A stretch of DNA of 58,934 bases. It comes from a virus. Lineage: Duplodnaviria > Caudoviricetes. The notes under the pieces are model-generated. The model was not told the DNA's origin. It ran no database searches and saw only the letters and a program-made list of their open reading frames with translations. The stretch spans positions 1-58,934 of IMG/VR virus record IMGVR_UViG_3300037852_000224, one strand, 5' to 3'. Position numbers and translations under genes: made by a program. Position 1 is the stretch's first letter. Every line of letters starts with the position of its first letter. Shown piece after piece: positions 46,278 through 55,588 of this stretch.

Positions 46278-47855
46278 TCATTCTTCCCACCACTCCACAT
46301 CGCCATCCGCTGACTTCTTTTTAGCCGTGGGGACAACAACTTCAATTAACTCCCGTTTCGACCGAGTCGTGGCGATGTACTCCAAATTCTCCTCCTGCAC
46401 CAATGCCTTGGCATTCCCGTTCTCCGCCGATTTCACCGCAAAGTAACTGGGCATGTACCGGTTCCTGCCAATCAAGAACACTCGCATGGCTTCTCTGCCT
46501 TTGGATCGGTGCACGGTAGTCAGTTTGAGTAAATTAGACTCGCCGGAATCGTCAAACATCCGCTCAATCCGTTTGACCAATTCTGGTACGCGGTCGTCAT
46601 CGGCTAGACCATCCATAACATCGAACATCACCGCCACTTTCTCCACCACGGCGTCCGCCCGCTCATCCTGTCCCTTGTCCAAGAACTTTTTTGACTCATG
46701 CGCCCGGTATTCAACCAACATTGCTGTCAACTGCTCAATGGTGATGTCGTCCCCCCACTTCTCTGCTAAGGCAATAAGCCCCCGGCCATTCCCACCCTCA
46801 ACCACACAGGGAATGTTCATTCGGCGCAATCTTTTGGCAACCCCGACCAATGGCCGCCGGTTCCGACAGATGATTAGATCGTTGTCGGCGTCGAATTCCT
46901 GCTTCCATAGGGCGTCGTGTTTAATCGCGGTTATGGACCCTTCCAAATTGTCTTCATGCGCGGTGAAATCCGGCACCCAACGTTGCGCCAGCTTTACAAT
47001 GGATTTAGGGCAACGGTATGTAGTGGTAAGAGGGAAAATGGCGCAGTTCATGTACTTCGCCGTCAATTCCATGGAATCCGAATCCGCGCCCGCGAATGCA
47101 TAGCAAGCCTGCCGGTCGTCACCCACGCCAATGAACCGGCCCCCCTTTTTCAGTATCCGTTCGGCGAGAATCCTACGGGTGGCATTCTGGTCTTGAAGCT
47201 CATCGACCATGACCCAATCAAAATACCGGAATTGGTCTTCACTTCCGGCCAGGAGCAACGGGGCAAATATCATGTCGTTGAAGTCGATCCGTGCCGATGC
47301 CGCCTTGCACATTTCGATGGATTTGCCATACACCCATACGCAGGATTCAATAATCCGCTCATCCGAAATGTCCGACGGGATTTCATCGTTCAATTCGTGC
47401 TCATCGAAGATTTGCCGCCAGATTGCAACGTCCGTGTAGTCGCGGATGCCGTCGATAGGCAGTCCCAGCCCCATTTGCTTGGCGTACCCTACGGCGTCGG
47501 TGACCACCCCGGAGGATTTCTTGTCGAATGCATGACGTTGACGGGCGAGAGATGACACCTTGCGAGAGTCAATCTCGAAAGTGGGCCGGATGGATTTGTA
47601 ACAGCGGAGTCCCGCCGCGTGCATAGTCTGGACGGTGACCGCTGAATAAGGGATGCGAGCCTTCAACTCCTCCGCGATGGATTTGTTGAACGCCCCAAGG
47701 AACTGGCGCAATCGTGGATGGGTTTTAGCGATGGCCTCACTCAATTGGATGAGGGTTGATGTCTTCCCGCACCCTGCACGGGCGATTACATTGGCGTTCC
47801 CGGTGCCGGTTAGGCCGAATTGGATAATGGTTTGTTGCTGTGGATTTGGAACCAT
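46278..47855 (-). CDS. UvrD/Rep-family SF1 helicase
   Basis: ARAGCGKT, AFNK, VDELQD, VGDDRQACYAF, TYRCP, TVHRSKGRE, YIATTR. Confidence 0.92.
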   Translation of the reverse strand: MVPNPQQQTIIQFGLTGTGNANVIARAGCGKTSTLIQLSEAIAKTHPRLRQFLGAFNKSIAEELKARIPYSAVTVQTMHAAGLRCYKSIRPTFEIDSRKVSSLARQRHAFDKKSSGVVTDAVGYAKQMGLGLPIDGIRDYTDVAIWRQIFDEHELNDEIPSDISDERIIESCVWVYGKSIEMCKAASARIDFNDMIFAPLLLAGSEDQFRYFDWVMVDELQDQNATRRILAERILKKGGRFIGVGDDRQACYAFAGADSDSMELTAKYMNCAIFPLTTTYRCPKSIVKLAQRWVPDFTAHEDNLEGSITAIKHDALWKQEFDADNDLIICRNRRPLVGVAKRLRRMNIPCVVEGGNGRGLIALAEKWGDDITIEQLTAMLVEYRAHESKKFLDKGQDERADAVVEKVAVMFDVMDGLADDDRVPELVKRIERMFDDSGESNLLKLTTVHRSKGREAMRVFLIGRNRYMPSYFAVKSAENGNAKALVQEENLEYIATTRSKRELIEVVVPTAKKKSADGDVEWWEE

Positions 47856-47966
47856 GGATGGAAGCTCCTCATTCTTCCAGGAGCGGCGGGAGGGGTCAGT
47901 CCCCTGCCATCCCTGCAAGATTCCCAAATCCCACGATGTGAGGAGAGGGAATGGGGCTTGCAAACC

Positions 47967-48470
47967 CTACAAGTCGTCCATGCTCGACGCTTGACACTCA
48001 TCTTTCCACTGCTCCGTGCCCATAGTTTTGCCGCATGCACACGATACGGTGATCTCCAACTCCGCCCCATAAAACCGCTTTTGGAATCGCGGCGGGATCG
48101 GCACATCCACCGTCTGCCCTTTCTTCGGCCCGATCTTGTACGTTTTCGGCTCGGACGTTTCCTGCCTGTCCACGATCTCACCCGACGCCTCAACCTCCAA
48201 TGCAGTAAGATCGCAGTTACATCCCTCCGCCCGCGCGATGTCAATATCCACGTCGCTGATCTCAAACGTGGTTTCCTTCATCTCCTCACCACAACATTCA
48301 CTGGTGAGCACAATCCGGCAATCACCGTTGACTCTGGCTGTGGCCTTGTCTACATCGGACGGTTCATCGGGGTCAGTGACTAACAGTTCCGATTCCACAC
48401 CCACGTTGATTTCCGGTTCCGATGAAGAATCTAACGCAGCAAATTTATTACAGCTTGGGCATAGCGCCAT
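47967..48470 (-). CDS. Cys-containing acidic hypothetical protein
   Basis: MALCPSC start after GAGGAG SD. Confidence 0.65.
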   Translation of the reverse strand: MALCPSCNKFAALDSSSEPEINVGVESELLVTDPDEPSDVDKATARVNGDCRIVLTSECCGEEMKETTFEISDVDIDIARAEGCNCDLTALEVEASGEIVDRQETSEPKTYKIGPKKGQTVDVPIPPRFQKRFYGAELEITVSCACGKTMGTEQWKDECQASSMDDL

Positions 48471-48503
48471 GTTCCCGTGGCTCCTCACTTCCACACTTTG
48501 GAT

Positions 48504-48516
48504 TTTACGGCGTAAA
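48504..48516. promoter_or_regulatory. Palindrome TTTACGGCGTAAA (copy 7)
   Basis: Exact motif upstream of the helicase operon. Confidence 0.75.
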
Positions 48517-48817
48517 CAGCGACAGAGACAATGGTACCGGAGTACTGTTTCAGTCCACCCCGCGCATTGCATACTGCCGCTTGGTGTGAACGACCCTCTT
48601 AGGTCGCCTCCCTGGTTTGGTGGAGAGTACATGGCGGCGTTTGAGTGTAGGTTTCTTTGGTATGCGCTTCATCTTCAGTGGAATCAATAGTTTAACGGTT
48701 AAATTTGGATCATACTGCCGATTTCGCTGTAGAACGCGCTGTAACGCGCTGGTAGCCTCACCCCCGCCCCTACCCCTCGACAGACCCCTTCCAGCTCGCC
48801 CTACGTTGCGCTGTGGC

Positions 48818-49060
48818 CTAATCCGCCCCTTCCAGCCATCGTGCCACCTGCCTCCGGAACCCTTCCACCACAGCGTCCACCGTCGCGGCTTTCATCCCCT
48901 TGCGGTATCCGGCGCGGTGAGCGGCTTGGATTTCGATGACCACACTGTTTATCAATGTCTGCTCATTCATCGAGACGCCGCAAAGAGACAAGGCGGTCCT
49001 GGCTCGACGTGTGGCCGCTTCCAGTTCCATTTCTTCAGCGTGCATTACAATTCCCCCCAT
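48818..49060 (-). CDS. Hypothetical protein
   Basis: ORF following the polymerase gene. Confidence 0.45.
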   Translation of the reverse strand: MGGIVMHAEEMELEAATRRARTALSLCGVSMNEQTLINSVVIEIQAAHRAGYRKGMKAATVDAVVEGFRRQVARWLEGAD

Positions 49061-50436
49061 CGTTCTCCAATCGAGATTGACGACAACACCGGGACGCCGT
49101 CGAGTGGACTGGCGTGCTCAAATTCGTATCGTGCGAGTTGCGCGTAGTCGTCGGCGATGGATCGGTGAACATCGCTCAAGCAATCATCGTGAATCTGCAA
49201 CACCGGGCGACATTGTACGTCCTGGTTAATGTCCTCCATCAATGGCCACAGTCCCGCCATGCCTAGTTTCTCCGTCCCCTGGGCACCAGCTTGTTCGGGA
49301 TGGTTACCGGCCTTGCGGATTCCTTCCTCTCGAATCCGCCGGTGACAGGATTTCGCCTCAGGCACCAGCCGCACTCTGCCGAAGTCGTCCCAGATTAAGG
49401 CGTACCGTCTCGCGGTAGAGTGGTCACGTTCAAGCATGTCGCGGAGTCTCGGGTAGACACCGAAAAACTTGTTCTGGATTAAGTCTTCACACTCCTCTAG
49501 CGTCCAGTCCACTCCTTCGGTCGCGAGGGACGATTGTAGCCCTTGCGCAGTCTGGCCATACAGCACGCCGAATCCTACGGTCTTGCACGGCAACCGTTGG
49601 AACTGTTTAAAATGCTTGTACTCTTTCACTTCATCCACCGATGCGGTTTTGGTCTCCACTCTGCGGGTTAATTCCGCGATGTGGCCGTAGTCGAGACCAA
49701 ACACGTTGCACGTCGTACGAGAGTGGATGTCTTCCCCTTTTTGGAACACGCTTAGCATCGTCGGGTCCTGCGACCGGTGTGCTGCCCAGCGCATTTCGAT
49801 TTGGGATAGGTCGGTAGAGACCAGCACACACCCAGGGGACGCAACGAACGCCATACGCACCTCCCGACCCAAGGAGGTACGCACGGGGATGTTTTGAAGG
49901 TTCGGGTTCTTGCTCGACAATCTACCGGTGGCCGCTGTGGTGACGGTGAGTTCCGTGTGTAGGTAGGAATTGGAATCGACTTTGCGTTGGATCGGGCGTA
50001 TGTAGGTGCCCAACAGTTTGTCCCGCTCCCGCCATTCGAGGATTAAGTCGCATACCGGATGAGCAGTATGAAACATACCAATCGTCTCATCGTCGGTAGA
50101 TTCCCGTTTGCCCTTTTTGGTCATCGGCACCGGTTGATCCCCCTGGACTTTCAAGTGGTGGAACAGTAACCTTGCGCAGTGATCCGGCGACCCAACATTA
50201 AACGGCACTCGCACCTTGCCGTTGAAATCCTGATACCCGGCACCAATCGCCAAATGGATCTGGGATTCTATCTCCGCCTGCTGCACCGACACTTTAGTTT
50301 CCAACGAACGAAGGAACGGGAGATCGATCCGTATCCCATACCGATGCATTGCTGCAATCATCGGCATCGCCCCGTGGTCGATCCGTGCGACGTTGTCCAA
50401 ATCTGGTCCGTCGGCGAAGTGTACGCCGTCACGCAT
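49045..50436 (-). CDS. polA: Family A DNA polymerase, polymerase domain only
   Basis: TATGRLSSKNPNLQNIP, DLSQIEMR (motif A), KTVGFGVLYG (motif B), QIHD (motif C). Confidence 0.95.
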   Translation of the reverse strand: MRDGVHFADGPDLDNVARIDHGAMPMIAAMHRYGIRIDLPFLRSLETKVSVQQAEIESQIHLAIGAGYQDFNGKVRVPFNVGSPDHCARLLFHHLKVQGDQPVPMTKKGKRESTDDETIGMFHTAHPVCDLILEWRERDKLLGTYIRPIQRKVDSNSYLHTELTVTTAATGRLSSKNPNLQNIPVRTSLGREVRMAFVASPGCVLVSTDLSQIEMRWAAHRSQDPTMLSVFQKGEDIHSRTTCNVFGLDYGHIAELTRRVETKTASVDEVKEYKHFKQFQRLPCKTVGFGVLYGQTAQGLQSSLATEGVDWTLEECEDLIQNKFFGVYPRLRDMLERDHSTARRYALIWDDFGRVRLVPEAKSCHRRIREEGIRKAGNHPEQAGAQGTEKLGMAGLWPLMEDINQDVQCRPVLQIHDDCLSDVHRSIADDYAQLARYEFEHASPLDGVPVLSSISIGERWGEL

Positions 50437-50848
50437 CGCCTTCTCCCATTACCTCTCTCTGCCGCGTTGGGCGTTTCTTCGACCGCTTGATTGCCGCCGA
50501 CGCCGAAAACCATCGAATGATTTCCACAGGTAGATAGTACTCAAATGCTAGGTTTGACATCCGGTCGTATACATCCGGGTCCACCTGATTGTGACTCTCC
50601 ATGTAAATCAGTTTCGACAGGCTTATACCCAACCGGCTTGCTAACTGCTCATCTTTCAGCCCCGTGAATTTGCGCAGGATGGATAGGCATCCTGGGAGGT
50701 CCAGCGGACGGAATCCCATCTTCAATCCATCCACGGCCTTCTTTATCGCTTTCTCCCGGCTACTGTGGCGGCGGCGAAACAAGCGCTGCCAGAATTGCAA
50801 CGGTGGTGGCTGGGGCGATGCGGGTGGCGTCGGTGTGGGTTTACCCAT
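50429..50848 (-). CDS. XRE-like HTH protein
   Basis: LRKFTGLKDEQLASRLGISLSKLIYME. Confidence 0.6.
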   Translation of the reverse strand: MGKPTPTPPASPQPPPLQFWQRLFRRRHSSREKAIKKAVDGLKMGFRPLDLPGCLSILRKFTGLKDEQLASRLGISLSKLIYMESHNQVDPDVYDRMSNLAFEYYLPVEIIRWFSASAAIKRSKKRPTRQREVMGEGDA

Positions 50849-50854
50849 GTTCCT

Positions 50855-51193
50855 CTACCCCGCCCATCCCATCATCGTCGGGTCCTTCCCTACCGGCCCG
50901 TTCAATTCCACCACGTCGGTGAATGTATCGTTGGCCAGTTCCATGATCGCGCCGGAGCGGATCTGTTCGGCCAGCGACCGTGTAAGTGGGGAGCGCACGA
51001 CGGTCTCCCGTTCATCCCACGGGGCGTTCTCAAGATGACGCTCACGGATGATTTGGTGGGAGTAATGAAATTCCACCTTGCCATCTTGATTCGAGTGTGC
51101 GTACACGATGGTTTCAACCTGGGTAAGCGGCAGGTCGGTGGTGAGAAAGGAAAGCTTCAAAGTGTCGGGATCGCGGGTCTGGGTGACGGACAT
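50855..51193 (-). CDS. Hypothetical protein
   Basis: GAGGAGG SD; own promoter-like TTGCGC-18-TAGTCT. Confidence 0.6.
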   Translation of the reverse strand: MSVTQTRDPDTLKLSFLTTDLPLTQVETIVYAHSNQDGKVEFHYSHQIIRERHLENAPWDERETVVRSPLTRSLAEQIRSGAIMELANDTFTDVVELNGPVGKDPTMMGWAG

Positions 51194-51428
51194 TGGATGG
51201 TTCCTCCTCAGTAAGACTACACATAGAACATTAACACGCGCAAGTATATTCTGGAACTAGTCGCGTACATTAAAGGGGGATACCTATGCATAGTACACCT
51301 TGGTATAAATTTGACTTGGTATCACTACCAAGATGCAAACCAAAAATGACACATTTCGAGTCGTTTTTTGGTCATCATTTGGTACCGGTGTTGATGCCAA
51401 TAGTGCTACAGAGGTCCCAAATTTTGGC

Positions 51429-51457
51429 TTGACGTGTGATCCATGAGTAGTTATAAT
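51429..51457 (+). promoter_or_regulatory. Near-consensus sigma70 promoter
   Basis: TTGACG-17 bp-TATAAT. Confidence 0.75.
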
Positions 51458-51466
51458 GTCACTATC

Positions 51467-51811
51467 ATGATTTGCTTCCAATGCCTCAACTTCGACACCT
51501 CCGTAGTCGATTCACGGCTTACTGAATTTGGTAAGACGGTTTGGCGGCGGCGAGTGTGCCCAAAGTGCAAATACAAATTCACCACCTACGAGCGGCCACC
51601 CATAGAGGTTCTAGCGTTGGCTCATGTCAATGTGACCAAGCTGCAAAAGAAATCGAATCGTCTAAAGCCCAATCCATACGCCGCTCCGATGGCAGAAGAA
51701 TCCTTACCGGTACCACCCAATACCGCCGTTCTCAGTGAGGTGGAAGAATTGAAATTGTTGGAGCGAGATTTAGCTAAAGCGCTCAAAGCCAAAGGGAGCA
51801 ACACCGCATAA
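51467..51811 (+). CDS. NrdR-like zinc-ribbon protein lacking the ATP-cone
   Basis: CFQC...TSVVDSR......RRRVCPKCKYKFTTYE. Confidence 0.75.
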   Translation: MICFQCLNFDTSVVDSRLTEFGKTVWRRRVCPKCKYKFTTYERPPIEVLALAHVNVTKLQKKSNRLKPNPYAAPMAEESLPVPPNTAVLSEVEELKLLERDLAKALKAKGSNTA

Positions 51812-51824
51812 AGGTACGACTACA

Positions 51825-52151
51825 ATGCTTTGCCCGATCTGCGAGAGTCCCACTGTAGTCATAGGTAGAGTCAAATATCAATACCGCTATAGGAAGTGCA
51901 AGATCTGTGGCCACAAATTTGGCACTAAGCTCGATATGTATCTCCACGAGAGTCTGTCCAGACCGGATGTGCACGAAAGGAACGAAGATTTCATCGCTAT
52001 GAATGTATTGGCTGAAAAACTCAAACGCGCCAACATGGAAAATTCATTGGCCCCATCTGAAGATCTGCTTCAATTCGAAGATTTCTTGCTGTCGGAGATT
52101 GAAAGAGGTTGGAAGAAGGTCAGTAGAATAGCCAGGGGTAGTAATTTCTAA
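51825..52151 (+). CDS. Second NrdR-like/Ogr-like zinc-ribbon protein
   Basis: MLCPIC...YRYRKCKICGHKFGT. Confidence 0.6.
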   Translation: MLCPICESPTVVIGRVKYQYRYRKCKICGHKFGTKLDMYLHESLSRPDVHERNEDFIAMNVLAEKLKRANMENSLAPSEDLLQFEDFLLSEIERGWKKVSRIARGSNF

Positions 52152-53205
52152 GGAACTGATACAGTCTCAACGTGGCATCCGCATCCCTCACGGCATACTG
52201 CACTAAATCCCCCTCCGGCACGTCCGCAATGGACGGTCTCGGCCATTCCCCCACCAGCATCCGCATCATCTCATGATCATGCCTGTGCCAATTCCTCACC
52301 CGCTTAAACGGGTCGAACTCCTCATCCTTCCACCGGGAGTTTACGCCGTAAATTGAATCCTCATCCACGGTGGAGGGGTCGGTATCATCCTCATCGTCTC
52401 CTAGATAGGAATACTGTGTAGTGGTGGAGATTCCGGCCAACAGGTTGTTAGTCTTGCGCAGCAGTAAACCTAGGAGCCTGTCAGTGGCGTCCTTTTTAGG
52501 GTTGTGGAGCTTATAGTGGGCGCAGGGGCAGGAGGGGGTGGTACAGGCCCCTTTGAGCTTGCCGGTGGCTCCACGGGCGTTGTGGGCGTCCCTAGGGCAT
52601 CCACAGAGGCAGACTGGGCCTTCCGGGCCGGTGCCGATGGAGGAGACCAGGGATTCCAGGTAGGCGGCTAGTTTCGGCGCTGAGTTAGGGTACACAGTGT
52701 CCCGGAAGGATGTCATTTTGATGTTGCAGTGGCGATAGGCGAGGGATTTAAGGCTGAGGCTCCCTCGTCCCGCCATTCCACTCTCATCGTCCGATCCACC
52801 GCCGCCGAGACAGGCGAGGTAGGCCAAGACCATCGTGTCCCGGAAATGTGGGATGGGGAGGCCCAGTATGCTAAACGGGTGGACATCGTGGAGGTAGTTA
52901 TGAAACAGCAACGGTGCCGTCGGAGTGGCGATGGCGCACATCTCTTTCAACGCTGCCAGGGACGCCCTATCCCGTGTGTATATCAACCTGCCTGTGCCGG
53001 GTTGGATGGAGAAGGTTACACAGTATGGCCGGTGGTCGGGGGTGGATTCGGTGTCCAGGGCGAGTTCGGGGTAATTGCCCCATAGGTGACCGTAAAAGTA
53101 GTCGTGGACTTGGATTGGTGTGCGGCAGATAGAGTAATCGAGGGTGGAAGGGGGGTGGGGGTCGAGACGGAGAGTGGAGATGTAGGAGAGGGCGGCGGCA
53201 TTCAT
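52120..53205 (-). CDS. Stand-alone PolA-type 3'-5' exonuclease
   Basis: ExoI ALDTE, ExoII FHNYLHD, RDTMVLAY, SLKSLA, ExoIII YAVRDAD. Confidence 0.85.
   Translation of the reverse strand: MNAAALSYISTLRLDPHPPSTLDYSICRTPIQVHDYFYGHLWGNYPELALDTESTPDHRPYCVTFSIQPGTGRLIYTRDRASLAALKEMCAIATPTAPLLFHNYLHDVHPFSILGLPIPHFRDTMVLAYLACLGGGGSDDESGMAGRGSLSLKSLAYRHCNIKMTSFRDTVYPNSAPKLAAYLESLVSSIGTGPEGPVCLCGCPRDAHNARGATGKLKGACTTPSCPCAHYKLHNPKKDATDRLLGLLLRKTNNLLAGISTTTQYSYLGDDEDDTDPSTVDEDSIYGVNSRWKDEEFDPFKRVRNWHRHDHEMMRMLVGEWPRPSIADVPEGDLVQYAVRDADATLRLYQFLRNYYPWLFY
52340..52352. promoter_or_regulatory. Palindrome TTTACGCCGTAAA (copy 8, intragenic)
   Basis: Exact motif. Confidence 0.75.
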
Positions 53206-53531
53206 CGGTGCCCTTCACCCGGCCACACTCCAAAATCATCGGTGTCCCGGAACCATTCAGGGGTGGAGGTAAGGCAAAGTTGTAGTCCTCTAACGCGTTG
53301 CTTTACGCGTTTGATGAAATCTTTGTATTCTTCCGGGGTTTGGAACTCGAACGCCATGTAAGCCTTGTTTTTGAATTTATTGCCATCGAAGTGGCAGTAA
53401 CCTAGCGCTGGGATAGCAGTGCTGTAGTTGTGACCTTTGACTCTAGCGATGGATCGGAGGCGGTTGTATATTGGGCGCCATACGGAGCGGTCACGACTGA
53501 GTAAGTCTGGGTGGGAGACTAGGATAATCAT
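53202..53531 (-). CDS. Hypothetical protein
   Basis: ATGA-coupled ORF. Confidence 0.55.
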   Translation of the reverse strand: MIILVSHPDLLSRDRSVWRPIYNRLRSIARVKGHNYSTAIPALGYCHFDGNKFKNKAYMAFEFQTPEEYKDFIKRVKQRVRGLQLCLTSTPEWFRDTDDFGVWPGEGHR

Positions 53532-53764
53532 GCCAACGACTTTAGTACGCGGTTGGCCCGTTGGATACGCCCTTTGACCGCGCCGATGGAGAGGTTTAGA
53601 GCGCGGGCGATTTGTGGGGCGGTGAGTCCGTCGGCACGCATGGATAGGACTTGAGATTGCTTTTCAGTGGTCGGATTGCAAACAGACCAAGGGCATTGAC
53701 AGTGCGTGGAGCCACACCGCCTACATTTGATTTTGGCTGAGTAACAAGCGGGGCAGTACATCAC
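53528..53764 (-). CDS. Zinc-finger plus sigma-region-4/LuxR-type HTH regulator
   Basis: CPAC..CRRC; GLTAPQIARALNLSIGAVKGRIQR. Confidence 0.7.
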   Translation of the reverse strand: MMYCPACYSAKIKCRRCGSTHCQCPWSVCNPTTEKQSQVLSMRADGLTAPQIARALNLSIGAVKGRIQRANRVLKSLA

Positions 53765-53991
53765 TGTGGCTTGATCTCCAACCGGTCCCCACGTTGAGGC
53801 TCAAGCGTTGGATAATGTGCCCCGGCGATGTGACGGATTTTTTTGACGGTCAAATGTTGTGGTGTTTCTAGCTTATTCTCAATCAACAACTCATTGCAGA
53901 TTTTGTGGATGCGCTTGAGTGCGGCGGTCTTTTTGTCCATCTCCCAAAGGAGTTCTTCGCGAGACGCAGATTGCCTAGTTTTGATAGTCAT
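53761..53991 (-). CDS. Hypothetical protein
   Basis: ATGA-coupled ORF. Confidence 0.5.
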   Translation of the reverse strand: MTIKTRQSASREELLWEMDKKTAALKRIHKICNELLIENKLETPQHLTVKKIRHIAGAHYPTLEPQRGDRLEIKPQ

Positions 53992-54236
53992 TGAAGTGTA
54001 CCGGGATCTTCAGGCAAAATGTCTCTACGTCTACGCCGAGCGGTATAGGAGCCGGTAGGATTACGGCGTAAATGTGAACCGGCACGCTCTACAAACCATC
54101 CCGCTCCGACGATCTGACCGCTGTGGAAGAATTTAGCGGCTTCTGTCTGTATAGAGTCCAAAGCGTGCTTCAGTATGTCCCTGTCTGGGTGGTCCGGTAC
54201 TTCTATTCTCACAGTGAGAGTGACAATCTTTTTCAT
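53988..54236 (-). CDS. Hypothetical protein
   Basis: ATGA-coupled ORF. Confidence 0.5.
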   Translation of the reverse strand: MKKIVTLTVRIEVPDHPDRDILKHALDSIQTEAAKFFHSGQIVGAGWFVERAGSHLRRNPTGSYTARRRRRDILPEDPGTLQ

Positions 54237-54772
54237 TGTGGAAGCTCCTTCAGCAGTTTGCCCAGGGCGGTGAAGTCGGACATTAATGGGATCATATACC
54301 CTGTCGAGTGTAATCCCGCACTAGGATGGAACATGGGGAAGACCACACCCTGCCATGCGCTCCCCCAGGAACCGGCTATCGGTATGCCGTGGTCCCGATT
54401 CAAATTCACGTTAGTAAACAGCCCACACGCCACTGCGCCCATGGGGACCACGATTACAGGTTTAACCGCCGCCAGCAATGGACCAAGGTGGACGGACATA
54501 CAGGATTGCGCTTCCTCTGCCGTGGGGTTGGAGTAATTCTCATCTGAACAGTACACGGCATTGGCCAAGTGGATGTCGTTGATCGTTAAATTAGCCAGTG
54601 GGAGATACGTGTACCGGAATTCCTGCCCGGTGTAGCCGATGAAGGGTTCACCTAGGCGGTCCTCATCCTTCGATGGCCGTTCACCAAGGAACAGTACACG
54701 GCATGGCGTGGGGCCTATGGGGAGGACCTTGGGACGGCATCGGGCGCAGAGTGGGCAGACGGTGGTGGTCAT
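54233..54772 (-). CDS. Family-4 uracil-DNA glycosylase (SPO1 polymerase N-terminal-like)
   Basis: CPLC, VLFLGERPS..ED..GEPFIG, NAVYC, PMGAVA, MFHPSA. Confidence 0.88.
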   Translation of the reverse strand: MTTTVCPLCARCRPKVLPIGPTPCRVLFLGERPSKDEDRLGEPFIGYTGQEFRYTYLPLANLTINDIHLANAVYCSDENYSNPTAEEAQSCMSVHLGPLLAAVKPVIVVPMGAVACGLFTNVNLNRDHGIPIAGSWGSAWQGVVFPMFHPSAGLHSTGYMIPLMSDFTALGKLLKELPQ

Positions 54773-54958
54773 TGAAAACGGAGTGATTATTGTTTACGTT
54801 TCCATTTACCCGCTAGAATCCATGCCACAGTGGCGCCGTTCAAAAGAAGTGCATCAATGTGTATCGTGCCGGAGTGGAGCACAATTACCAACGCCGCAAT
54901 TTGCAAGATCGTACCAACAATGGCCATGGTTGTACTGGCAATGGACATTGCATCCGAT

Positions 54959-55588
54959 CTAGTCGCCACCATGTTCTTTTTCCTCCCGGATTCTTTTCTC
55001 CAGCTCCAAAATCTCCCGGATTTGCTCCTCCGCCACACGGCGTTGCACGTTATGTTCTGGCCGACGGTACATCCTATCCTCATCCATCGCGTAGGGCATG
55101 TGAGTGATGGGGACATTGCATAGGCGGCAGGGATTCAGCCCTGTAAAGATCCGGTCGCACTCACGGAGCAACATTGGACCCAGAGGGTAGTAGGCAAGGT
55201 ACCGATTGAAGGTGGGGACGATCAGTGACCTAGGGATTACGGAGCCGAATCCCAACAGTTGCGTCGGGCCAGGATAATTCTTCCGGTATTCCTTCGGCAT
55301 GTTGCAGAGTACGTGATTGCCGGTGAGATCCCAGGGGTAGGCGGATAAATCGACAATGCAATCGTCATCCTGAAAATACACGTAATCCGATGGTGCGTTC
55401 TGCGCCGCGATGAAACGGGAGAATACTTTAAAGTCCAGTCCGGTGGAATTGTTGTACACCACGAGTCCAAAGAAGCGGTCGGTGAGGGATTGGACCACGG
55501 CGGAAATGTCGTGGTCGCCGCGAGTGATGAGGACGGCGGAGATGTTTTGTGGGGGAGGTACGATTCGGAGTTGTCCCATGTTTACCAC
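54959..55588 (-). CDS. GT-A-fold glycosyltransferase
   Basis: ISAVLIT, SRF, YVYFQDDDC. Confidence 0.7.
   Translation of the reverse strand: MVNMGQLRIVPPPQNISAVLITRGDHDISAVVQSLTDRFFGLVVYNNSTGLDFKVFSRFIAAQNAPSDYVYFQDDDCIVDLSAYPWDLTGNHVLCNMPKEYRKNYPGPTQLLGFGSVIPRSLIVPTFNRYLAYYPLGPMLLRECDRIFTGLNPCRLCNVPITHMPYAMDEDRMYRRPEHNVQRRVAEEQIREILELEKRIREEKEHGGD

Noticed and set aside
50437-52119. Intron or intein interrupting polA
   Set aside because: No homing endonuclease, reverse transcriptase or intein motifs; both halves have their own start and stop codons, and the interval holds ordinary genes with promoters.
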